A stretch of DNA of 7,465 nt from a virus. Taxonomy: Duplodnaviria > Heunggongvirae > Uroviricota > Caudoviricetes. The stretch is taken from the IMG/VR virus record IMGVR_UViG_2684622618_000004; one strand, given 5' to 3'. Below the pieces are notes generated by a model that had not been told where the DNA came from, did not search any database, and was given only the letters and a program-made list of their open reading frames with translations. Of this stretch, positions 1 through 6,735 are shown one piece after another; the stretch's first letter is position 1; the number at the start of each line of letters is the position of its first letter. Made by a program: the position numbers and the translations under genes.

Positions 1-45
1 TTATTATCATTTTGCGGGTCCTTTCCGGCGATCCGACAGGTTACG
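1..45 (+). other. cos: Phage right-end sequence abutting cosN; by position this should include the cosQ region
   Basis: Positions 1-45 (ttattatcattttgcgggtcctttccggcgatccgacaggttacg) closely match the lambda right terminus as I recall it (...cggatccgacaggttacg immediately before the cohesive end). Exact cosQ limits not determinable here. Confidence 0.6.
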
Positions 46-57
46 GGGCGGCGACCT
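46..57 (+). other. cosN: cosN cohesive-end sequence (12-nt 5' overhang, lambda type)
   Basis: gggcggcgacct at 46-57 is identical to the lambda left cohesive end, followed by cgcgggttttcgctatttatgaaaattttccgg, which matches the start of the lambda genome. Confidence 0.85.
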
Positions 58-94
58 CGCGGGTTTTCGCTATTTATGAAAATTTTCCGGGATC

Positions 95-106
95 CATGTC
101 CGGTTT
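95..106 (-). repeat. cosB R3-like small-terminase binding repeat (inverted copy of AAACCGGACATG)
   Basis: catgtccggttt at 95-106 is the reverse complement of the 12-mer found in direct orientation at 182-193 and, with one mismatch, at 152-163. It lies ~50 nt after the cohesive end, where lambda R3 sits. Confidence 0.55.
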
Positions 107-151
107 CTCTTCAAGTTAACTATATGAAAAATATAAAAACAGGTCTTCTGT

Positions 152-163
152 GAACCGGACATG
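152..163 (+). repeat. cosB R2-like repeat (gAACCGGACATG)
   Basis: 11/12 match to the 182-193 12-mer; an AT-rich stretch (111-140) separates it from the inverted copy, resembling the lambda R3-I1-R2 layout. Confidence 0.55.
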
Positions 164-181
164 AACAAAAAACAGACATGT

Positions 182-193
182 AAACCGGACATG
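182..193 (+). repeat. cosB R1-like repeat (AAACCGGACATG)
   Basis: Third copy of the motif, ~50 nt upstream of the small-terminase start, matching the position of lambda R1 relative to Nu1. Confidence 0.55.
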
Positions 194-240
194 ACCGGTT
201 TTGTTGTGATTGTGAGGTGAGAGTTTTTGCGAGGTGAGGA

Positions 241-808
241 GTGGCTACGCAGACTGAAGTTGCCAGGCATTTAAGTCTGACCGATCGCCAGCTTCGCAGA
301 TTGCAGAAATTGCCGGGTGCCCCGATATCGAATAAGCGAGGGCAACTGGATCTGGATGCCTGGCGCGATTTTTACATATCGTATCTGAGGAGAAGTAAAA
401 ACGATGTGCCTGATGGCGATAGCGAAGACGACTATGAGGAGAAATTGCTTATTGCCAGATGGGAACTGACAGCAGAACAGGCTGTTACACAGCAGTTAAA
501 AAANNNNNNNNNNNNNNNNNNNNNNNNNNNNNNNNNNNNNNNNNNNNNNNNNNTTAAAAAATGAGGTGTCAAAAGGAAAACTGATTGACACCGGGTTCTG
601 TATTTTTGCCCTCAGTAAGCTGGCAATGGCGTTATCCAGTACGCTTGATTCCATCCCTTTATCCATGCAGCGACAGTTTCCTGATTTAACACCGCGCCAT
701 CTTGACCATCTGAAAACCCTTATTGCTAAGGGGGCAAATCAGTGTGCGCGGGCAGGGGATAAATTACCGGATTTACTTGATGAATATATCAGAGCAACAA
801 CTGAATAA
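241..808 (+). CDS. nu1: Terminase small subunit (Nu1-like), split by an assembly gap
   Basis: GTG start at 241 with GAGG 6 nt upstream. N-terminal part (MATQTEVARHLSLTDRQLRRLQKL...) looks like a helix-turn-helix DNA-binding segment. C-terminal part (DTGFCIFALSKLAMALSSTLDSIPLSMQRQFPDLTPRHLDHLK...LPDLLDEYI) aligns with the lambda Nu1 C-terminal region (ETAFCTFVLSRIAGEIASILDGLPLSVQRRFPELENRHVDFLK...IPGLLSEYI). The frame shifts across the 504-553 N run; stop TAA at 806-808. Confidence 0.85.
504..553. other. Assembly gap (50 N) inside the small terminase gene
   Basis: Exactly 50 N. The 8-mer ttaaaaaa occurs immediately on both sides (496-503 and 554-561). Confidence 0.95.
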
Positions 809-2753
809 TATGATGAGCGCTGTCACAACTGCATTACAGCCCCTGATAAGGGCATTGCCGGTGACGCCAGTTGAATGGGCTGATCAAAATTATTATCTGC
901 CTAAAGAATCTTCATATGGTGAGGGCGAATGGAAAACGCTGCCATTCCAGATCGCCATCATGAACAGTATGGGGAATGATCAGATCCGCACTGTTAATCT
1001 GATTAAATCTGCCCGTGTTGGCTATACAAAGATGTTGCTGGGGGGGGGNNNNNNNNNNNNNNNNNNNNNNNNNNNNNNNNNNNNNNNNNNNNNNNNNNAT
1101 TTTATTGAGCATAAATCCCGAAACAGTCTGCTTTTTCAGCCCACGGATTCTGCCGCTGAAGATTTTATGAAGTCTCACGTGGAGGCGACGATTCGGAACG
1201 TGCCATGCCTGAAAGACCTTTCCCCATGGCTGGGTCGTAAACATCGTGACAATACTCTCACGCTGAAACGCTTTTCATCGGGCGTCGGTTTCTGGTGCCT
1301 GGGCGGCGCTGCCGCCAAAAACTACCGTGAAAAATCCGTTGACGTGGTCTGCTATGACGAACTTTCCTCGTTCGAGCCGGATGTCGAAAAAGAGGGCTCG
1401 CCAACCCTGCTGGGGGATAAGCGTATTGAGGGGTCGGTGTGGCCAAAATCCATTCGCGGCTCGACGCCTAAAATCAAAGGCACCTGCCAGATCGAAAAAG
1501 CCGCTAACGAGTCGGCGCATTTTATGCGTTTTTATGTGCCCTGCCCGCACTGTGGGGAGGCGCAGTATCTGAAATTTGGCGATGAGTCCACGCCTTTTGG
1601 GCTTAAATGGGAGAAGGACAGCCCTGAAAGTGTTTTCTACCTCTGTGAACATCATGGCTGCGTGATCCATCAGTCTGAACTGGACCAGAGCAACGGGCGG
1701 TGGATCTGTGAAAACACGGGCATGTGGACCCGTGACGGTCTGACGTTTTTCAGCGCCCGGGGTGATGAAATTCCGCCGCCGCGCTCCATCATGTTCCATA
1801 TCTGGACGGCGTACAGTCCGTTCACCACCTGGGTACAGATTGTCTATGACTGGCTGGATGCACTGAAAGATCCCAACGGCCTGAAAACCTTTGTGAACAC
1901 CACGCTGGGCGAGACCTGGGAAGAGGCCGTGGGCGAAAAACTCGATCACCAGGTACTGATGGATAAGGTGGTGCGTTACACGGCGGCGGTGCCTGCCCGG
2001 GTGGTTTATCTGACGGCGGGCATTGACTCGCAGCGAAACCGTTTTGAGATGTATGTCTGGGGATGGGCTCCGGGAGAGGAAGCCTTTCTGGTGGATAAAA
2101 TCATCATTATGGGGCGTCCTGATGAGGAAGAGACGCTGTTACGTGTGGATGCGGCGATCAACAAAAAATACCGCCATGCGGATGGCACCGAAATGACTAT
2201 TTCCCGTGTCTGCTGGGACACCGGGGGGATCGATGGTGAAATTGTTTATCAGAGATCAAAAAAACACGGTGTTTTCCGGGTGCTGCCGGTAAAAGGCGCA
2301 TCTGTCTATGGCAAGCCGGTGATCACCATGCCAAAAACCCGCAATCAGCGGGGCGTGTATCTGTGTGAAGTGGGAACGGACACCGCAAAAGAAATTCTCT
2401 ATGCCCGTATGAAAGCCGATCCCTCGCCTGCGGATGAAGCCACGTCGTATGCCATCCGTTTTCCTGATGATCCGGAGATTTTTTCGCAGACAGAGGCGCA
2501 GCAACTGGTGGCGGAAGAGCTGGTGGAGAAGTGGGAAAAAGGAAAGATGCGTCTGCTGTGGGATAACAAAAAGCGGCGTAACGAAGCGCTGGACTGCCTG
2601 GTGTATGCCTACGCGGCATTACGTGTGTCCGTGCAACGCTGGCAGCTTGATCTGGCTGTACTGGCAAAATCCCGGGAAGAAGAGACGACCCGGCCAACCC
2701 TGAAAGAACTGGCAGCGAAGCTGTCCGGAGGAGTGAATGGTTACAGTCGCTGA
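780..2753 (+). CDS. A: Terminase large subunit (gpA-like; packaging ATPase and cos endonuclease)
   Basis: ATG at 780 gives MNISEQQLNN..., matching the lambda gpA N-terminus MNISNSQVN. Long collinear similarity follows (VEWADQNYYLPKESSYGEGEWKTLPFQIAIMNSMG, IKSARVGYTKMLLG, GDKRIEGSVWPKSIRGSTPK, FMRFYVPCPHCGEAQYLKFGD, ICWDTGGID, KKRRNEALDCLVYA). It overlaps the Nu1-like stop by 29 nt and contains the 1049-1098 N run. Confidence 0.95.
   Translation: MNISEQQLNNMMSAVTTALQPLIRALPVTPVEWADQNYYLPKESSYGEGEWKTLPFQIAIMNSMGNDQIRTVNLIKSARVGYTKMLLGGXXXXXXXXXXXXXXXXXXFIEHKSRNSLLFQPTDSAAEDFMKSHVEATIRNVPCLKDLSPWLGRKHRDNTLTLKRFSSGVGFWCLGGAAAKNYREKSVDVVCYDELSSFEPDVEKEGSPTLLGDKRIEGSVWPKSIRGSTPKIKGTCQIEKAANESAHFMRFYVPCPHCGEAQYLKFGDESTPFGLKWEKDSPESVFYLCEHHGCVIHQSELDQSNGRWICENTGMWTRDGLTFFSARGDEIPPPRSIMFHIWTAYSPFTTWVQIVYDWLDALKDPNGLKTFVNTTLGETWEEAVGEKLDHQVLMDKVVRYTAAVPARVVYLTAGIDSQRNRFEMYVWGWAPGEEAFLVDKIIIMGRPDEEETLLRVDAAINKKYRHADGTEMTISRVCWDTGGIDGEIVYQRSKKHGVFRVLPVKGASVYGKPVITMPKTRNQRGVYLCEVGTDTAKEILYARMKADPSPADEATSYAIRFPDDPEIFSQTEAQQLVAEELVEKWEKGKMRLLWDNKKRRNEALDCLVYAYAALRVSVQRWQLDLAVLAKSREEETTRPTLKELAAKLSGGVNGYSR
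1049..1098. other. Assembly gap (50 N) inside the large terminase gene, preceded by a poly-G run
   Basis: Nine G at 1040-1048 run directly into 50 N. The lambda gpA alignment (MLLGVYAYFIEHK versus MLLGG...FIEHK) indicates only ~3-4 codons are truly missing. Confidence 0.95.
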
Positions 2754-2943
2754 ACTGCAGGCGCTGCGTCAGGCGCGCCTTGATTTATTAACCGGTAAAC
2801 GGGTGGTGTCTGTCCAGAAAGATGGTCGCAGAATTGAATATACGGCGGCTTCTCTGGATGAGCTTAACCGGGCGATCAATGATGCGGAGTCGGTACTGGG
2901 GACAACCCGGCGTCGCCGTCGTCCGCTGGGAGTGAGGTTATGA
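2737..2943 (+). CDS. W: Head-tail joining / head completion protein (gpW-like), 68 aa
   Basis: MVTVAELQALRQARLDLLTGKRVVSVQKDGRRIEYTAASLDEL aligns with lambda gpW (..[35 protein letters not shown]), same 68-aa length. GGAGG precedes the ATG; overlaps the terminase stop by 17 nt. Confidence 0.9.
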   Translation: MVTVAELQALRQARLDLLTGKRVVSVQKDGRRIEYTAASLDELNRAINDAESVLGTTRRRRRPLGVRL

Positions 2944-4532
2944 AACGAACGCCTGTCCTGATTGATGTGAACGGCGTTCCGCTTCGTGAGAGTCTCAGCT
3001 ACAACGGGGGCGGTGCAGGATTTGGCGGGCAAATGGCGGAGTGGTTGCCACCGGCGCAGAGTGCCGATGCGGCCCTGCTGCCCGCGTTGCGTCTGGGGAA
3101 TGCCCGGGCAGATGATCTGGTGCGCAATAACGGAATAGCGGCCAATGCGGTGGCACTGCATAAGGATCACATTGTCGGGCATATGTTTCTTATCAGCTAC
3201 CGTCCGAACTGGCGCTGGCTGGGGATGCGGGAGACCGCAGCAAAAAGCTTTGTCGATGAGGTGGAGGCGGCCTGGTCGGAATACGCCGAAGGGATGTCTG
3301 GCGAGATCGACGTGGAAGGAAAACGCACGTTCACGGAATTTATCCGTGAAGGTGTGGGCGTTCATGCGTTTAACGGCGAAATCTTTGTGCAGCCGGTCTG
3401 GGATACGGAAACCACGCAGTTATTCCGTACGCGTTTTAAAGCCGTGAGTCCGAAACGGGTGGACACGCCAGGACACGGTATGGGGAACCGTTTTCTGCGG
3501 GCCGGGGTGGAGGTCGATCGATATGGCCGTGCCGTTGCGTACCATATCTGTGAGGATGATTTTCCTCGCTCCGGGAGTGGACGATGGGAACGGATCCCGC
3601 GTGAACTTCCCACCGGGCGTCCGGCCATGCTGCATATTTTCGAGCCGGTGGAGGACGGGCAGACCCGTGGGGCCAACCAGTTTTACAGCGTCATGGAACG
3701 GCTGAAGATGCTCGATTCCCTGCAGGCAACACAGCTTCAGTCGGCCATTGTGAAAGCCATGTATGCAGCGACGATTGAAAGTGACCTTGATACCGAAAAG
3801 GCCTTTGAATATATCGCCGGTGCGCCGCAGGGGCAGAAGGATAATCCGCTTATTAATATTCTGGAGAAGTTCTCCAGCTGGTATGACACGAATAACGTGA
3901 CGCTGGGTGGTGTCAAAATTCCGCACCTTTTCCCCGGGGATGATCTGAAACTACAGACTGCGCAGGATTCAGACAATGGATTTTCGGCGCTTGAACAGGC
4001 GCTGCTGCGGTATATCGCCGCCGGTCTTGGCGTTTCCTACGAACAGTTGTCCCGTGATTACTCGAAGGTCAGTTATTCAAGTGCCAGGGCCTCTGCCAAT
4101 GAGTCGTGGCGCTATTTTATGGGGCGGCGAAAATTTATTGCGGCCCGGCTGGCCACGCAGATGTTTTCCTACTGGCTGGAAGAGGCACTTCTTCGGGGGA
4201 TTATCCGTCCGCCACGGGCGCGTTTTGATTTTTATCAGGCGCGATCAGCCTGGTCACGGGCAGAGTGGATTGGTGCCGGAAGAATGGCCATTGACGGGCT
4301 CAAGGAGGTTCAGGAATCGGTGATGCGCATTGAGGCCGGACTGAGCACGTATGAGAAAGAGCCGGCGCTGATGGGCGAGGATTATCAGGACATTTTCCGC
4401 CAGCAGGTCAGGGAATCTGCAGAGCGGCAAAAAGCCGGACTCTCACGTCCGGTGTGGATAGCGCAGGCGTATCAGCAGCAGATAGCGGAGAGTCGCAGGC
4501 CGGAAGAGGAGACAACACCCCGTGAGACGTAA
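2940..4532 (+). CDS. B: Portal protein (gpB-like), 530 aa
   Basis: ATGA start/stop overlap with W at 2940-2943. Size (lambda gpB is ~533 aa) and position between W and C fit; I cannot align residue by residue from memory, so the call rests mainly on synteny and length. Confidence 0.85.
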   Translation: MKRTPVLIDVNGVPLRESLSYNGGGAGFGGQMAEWLPPAQSADAALLPALRLGNARADDLVRNNGIAANAVALHKDHIVGHMFLISYRPNWRWLGMRETAAKSFVDEVEAAWSEYAEGMSGEIDVEGKRTFTEFIREGVGVHAFNGEIFVQPVWDTETTQLFRTRFKAVSPKRVDTPGHGMGNRFLRAGVEVDRYGRAVAYHICEDDFPRSGSGRWERIPRELPTGRPAMLHIFEPVEDGQTRGANQFYSVMERLKMLDSLQATQLQSAIVKAMYAATIESDLDTEKAFEYIAGAPQGQKDNPLINILEKFSSWYDTNNVTLGGVKIPHLFPGDDLKLQTAQDSDNGFSALEQALLRYIAAGLGVSYEQLSRDYSKVSYSSARASANESWRYFMGRRKFIAARLATQMFSYWLEEALLRGIIRPPRARFDFYQARSAWSRAEWIGAGRMAIDGLKEVQESVMRIEAGLSTYEKEPALMGEDYQDIFRQQVRESAERQKAGLSRPVWIAQAYQQQIAESRRPEEETTPRET

Positions 4533-6027
4533 TCTTTCACACATTATTGCCGCAGCATTCAATGAACCGCTGCTTCTGGAGCCCGCCTATGCGCGGGTTT
4601 TCTTTTGCGCGCTCGGGCGCGAGATGGGGGCAGCAAGTCTTTCGGTACCACAGCAGCAGGTACAGCTTGATGCTCCCGGAATGCTGGCTGAAACGGACGA
4701 GTACATGGCCGGAGGTAAACGACCGGCCCGTGTTTACCGGGTGGTGAACGGTATTGCTGTACTGCCGGTGACCGGCACGCTGGTGCACCGGCTGGGGGGT
4801 ATGCGGCCATTTTCCGGAATGACAGGCTATGACGGCATTGTCGCCTGTCTTCAGCAGGCAATGGCGGATAGCCAGGTGCGGGGCGTACTGCTGGACATTG
4901 ACAGTCCGGGCGGGCAGGCCGCCGGCGCGTTTGACTGCGCTGACATGATTTACCGCCTCCGTCAGCAGAAGCCGGTCTGGGCACTGTGCAATGACACGGC
5001 CTGTTCTGCAGCCATGCTGCTGGCGTCGGCCTGCTCCCGACGGCTGGTTACCCAGACATCCCGTATCGGCTCCATTGGCGTGATGATGAGCCATGTCAGC
5101 TATGCCGGTCATCTGGCGCAGGCCGGTGTGGATATCACGCTGATTTACTCAGGGGCGCACAAGGTGGATGGCAATCAGTTTGAAGCCTTACCGGCAGAGG
5201 TTCGCCAGAACATGCAGCAGCGCATTGATGCGGCGCGCCGGATGTTTGCCGAAAAAGTGGCCATGTTTACCGGTCTGTCTGTTGATGCCGTCACGGGAAC
5301 AGAGGCCGCCGTTTTTGAAGGTCAGTCCGGCATTGATGCCGGGCTGGCGGATGAATTAGTCAATGCGTCGGATGCCATCAGTGTGATGGCCACGGCGCTG
5401 AACAGTAATGTCAGAGGAGGCACTATGCCGCAATTAACTGCAACGGAAGCCGCCGCGCAGGAGAACCAGCGAGTGATGGGGATCCTGACATGCCAGGAAG
5501 CGAAAGGACGTGAACAGCTTGCCACGATGCTGGCAGGACAACAGGGCATGAGCGTTGAACAGGCCCGGGCGATTCTGGCCGCGGCGGCACCGCAGCAGCC
5601 GGTGGCATCCACGCAGAGTGAAGCCGATCGCATTATGGCGTGTGAAGAAGCGAACGGTCGTGAACAACTGGCGGCAACGCTGGCGGCGATGCCGGAGATG
5701 ACGGTGGAAAAAGCCCGCCCGATCCTGGCTGCTTCACCGCAGGCGGATGCCGGACCCTCACTCCGTGATCAGATCATGGCACTGGATGAGGCAAAAGGGG
5801 CTGAGGCGCAGGCTGAACAGCTGGCTGCCTGCCCGGGAATGACTGTGGAGAGCGCCCGGGCTGTGCTGGCTGCGGGATCAGGTAAGGCAGAACCGGTCTC
5901 TGCATCCACAACCGCCCTGTTTGAACGCATCATGGCGAACCATTCACCGGCTGCGGTACAGGGTGGCGTGCCACAGACGTCAGCAGACGGTGATGCGGAC
6001 GTGAAAATGCTCATGGCCATGCCATGA
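4522..6027 (+). CDS. C: Head maturation protease / minor capsid protein (gpC-like, S49 ClpP/SppA-fold family) with a C-terminal scaffold region
   Basis: GTG start at 4522 (11-nt overlap with the portal stop). AFNEPLLLEPAYARVFFCAL, NGIAVLPVTGTLV, MTGYDGIVACLQQA, GAFDCADMI, KPVWALCND, SRRLVTQTSRIGSIGVMM, ITLIYSGAHKVDGN and GLADELVNASDAISVM all align with lambda gpC. The C-terminal third is repeat-rich. Confidence 0.9.
   Translation: MRRNLSHIIAAAFNEPLLLEPAYARVFFCALGREMGAASLSVPQQQVQLDAPGMLAETDEYMAGGKRPARVYRVVNGIAVLPVTGTLVHRLGGMRPFSGMTGYDGIVACLQQAMADSQVRGVLLDIDSPGGQAAGAFDCADMIYRLRQQKPVWALCNDTACSAAMLLASACSRRLVTQTSRIGSIGVMMSHVSYAGHLAQAGVDITLIYSGAHKVDGNQFEALPAEVRQNMQQRIDAARRMFAEKVAMFTGLSVDAVTGTEAAVFEGQSGIDAGLADELVNASDAISVMATALNSNVRGGTMPQLTATEAAAQENQRVMGILTCQEAKGREQLATMLAGQQGMSVEQARAILAAAAPQQPVASTQSEADRIMACEEANGREQLAATLAAMPEMTVEKARPILAASPQADAGPSLRDQIMALDEAKGAEAQAEQLAACPGMTVESARAVLAAGSGKAEPVSASTTALFERIMANHSPAAVQGGVPQTSADGDADVKMLMAMP
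5425..6027 (+). CDS. Nu3: Nested in-frame scaffold protein (Nu3-like), sharing frame and stop with C
   Basis: Internal ATG at 5425 in the C frame, preceded by AGGAGG (5415-5420). Product MPQLTATEAAAQENQRVMGILTCQEAKGREQ... is ~200 aa, matching the lambda arrangement in which Nu3 is translated from within the 3' part of C. Confidence 0.6.
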   Translation: MPQLTATEAAAQENQRVMGILTCQEAKGREQLATMLAGQQGMSVEQARAILAAAAPQQPVASTQSEADRIMACEEANGREQLAATLAAMPEMTVEKARPILAASPQADAGPSLRDQIMALDEAKGAEAQAEQLAACPGMTVESARAVLAAGSGKAEPVSASTTALFERIMANHSPAAVQGGVPQTSADGDADVKMLMAMP

Positions 6028-6063
6028 AGTCAGTGCTGACCATCAACAGGAGGTTTTTACAAT

Positions 6064-6411
6064 ATGGTAACGAAAAACATCACTGAACAGCGTGCGGAAG
6101 TACGTATTTTTGCCGGTAATGATCCGGCTCATACAGCCACAGGCAGCAGCGGGATTTCCTCGGCAACACCGGCACTGACGCCCCTGATGCTGGATGAAGC
6201 CAGCGGGAAACTGGTGGTCTGGGACGGACAGAAAGCCGGTAGTGCAGTTGGCATACTGGTACTGCCGCTTGAAGGCACAGAGACGGTACTGACCTATTAC
6301 AAGTCGGGGACCTTTGCGACGGAGGCAATCCGCTGGCCTGAAAGTGTGGATGAACACAAAAAGGCAAATGCCTTTGCCGGCAGTGCCCTGAGTCACGCGG
6401 CGCTGCCGTAA
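6064..6411 (+). CDS. D: Head decoration protein (gpD-like), 115 aa
   Basis: AGGAGG at 6049-6054, ATG at 6064. DPAHTATGSSG...TPLMLDEASGKLVVWDG...AVGILV...YYKSGTF...AFAGSA aligns with lambda gpD (DPAHTATAPGG...TPLMLDTSSRKLVAWDG...AVGILA...FYKSGTF...AFAGTA). Confidence 0.9.
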   Translation: MVTKNITEQRAEVRIFAGNDPAHTATGSSGISSATPALTPLMLDEASGKLVVWDGQKAGSAVGILVLPLEGTETVLTYYKSGTFATEAIRWPESVDEHKKANAFAGSALSHAALP

Positions 6412-6420
6412 CACGTTATC

Positions 6421-6438
6421 AGGCCACCGCGGTGGCCT
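6421..6438. other. Perfect 18-bp palindrome (possible stem-loop) in the D-E intergenic region
   Basis: aggccaccgcggtggcct is its own reverse complement. It lies 10 nt after the D stop and 31 nt before the E start, and is not followed by a clear T-tract. Confidence 0.5.
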
Positions 6439-6468
6439 GACTGATTTCTGAATGAAAGGAACTGATTT

Positions 6469-6735
6469 ATGGGATTGTTTACGACCCGCCAGTTACTCGG
6501 TTATACCGAACAAAAAGTGAAATTTCGTGCGCTGTTTCTGGAGCTGTTTTTCCGCCGTACGGTGAATTTCCATACCGAAGAGGTGATGCTGGACAAAATT
6601 ACCGGAAAAACGCCGGTGGCGGCCTATGTCTCCCCGGTTGTTGAAGGAAAAGTGCTGCGTCATCGCGGTGGTGAAACCCGCGTGTTACGTCCGGGCTACG
6701 TCAAGCCGAAACACGAATTCCCCTGGAGCCGGTAA
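6469..6735 (+). pseudogene. E: Major capsid protein gene (gpE-like), 5' fragment only (88 codons)
   Basis: N-terminus MGLFTTRQLLGYTEQKVKFRALFLELFFR...[31 protein letters not shown] aligns with lambda gpE residues 1-~84 (MSMYTTAQLLAANEQKFKFDPLFLRLFFR...[31 protein letters not shown]). Similarity stops after KPKHE and the frame ends 5 codons later (TAA 6733-6735); lambda gpE is ~341 aa. Confidence 0.8.

Noticed and set aside
200-240. Possible promoter upstream of the small terminase gene
   Set aside because: No convincing -35/-10 pair; in lambdoid phages the head genes are transcribed by read-through from the late promoter upstream of cos, so a promoter is not expected here.
504-1098. N runs as possible biological low-complexity or masked repeats
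   Set aside because: Both are exactly 50 N, the conventional scaffold-gap placeholder, and homologue alignment shows little or no sequence is missing.
912-1949. Minus-strand ORFs of 110 and 224 aa (912-1244, 1275-1949) inside the large terminase gene
   Set aside because: They lie entirely antisense to a strongly supported, lambda-collinear coding region and their products are low-complexity and Arg/Pro-rich; these are typical shadow ORFs.
2434-2703. Plus-strand 89-aa ORF in an alternative frame within the large terminase gene
   Set aside because: Out of frame with the gpA-like gene; the product (RR/WW-rich) looks like random translation and has no start context.
2769-5633. Multiple minus-strand ORFs (e.g. 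2769-3365, 3420-3926, 4537-5112, 5322-5633) antisense to W, B and C
   Set aside because: All are embedded antisense in well-supported plus-strand genes in GC-rich sequence, where long spurious ORFs are expected.
6043-6414. Minus-strand 123-aa ORF and 95-aa ORF overlapping the decoration protein gene
   Set aside because: Antisense to a clear gpD homologue with a strong RBS; Cys/Arg-rich nonsense-like product.
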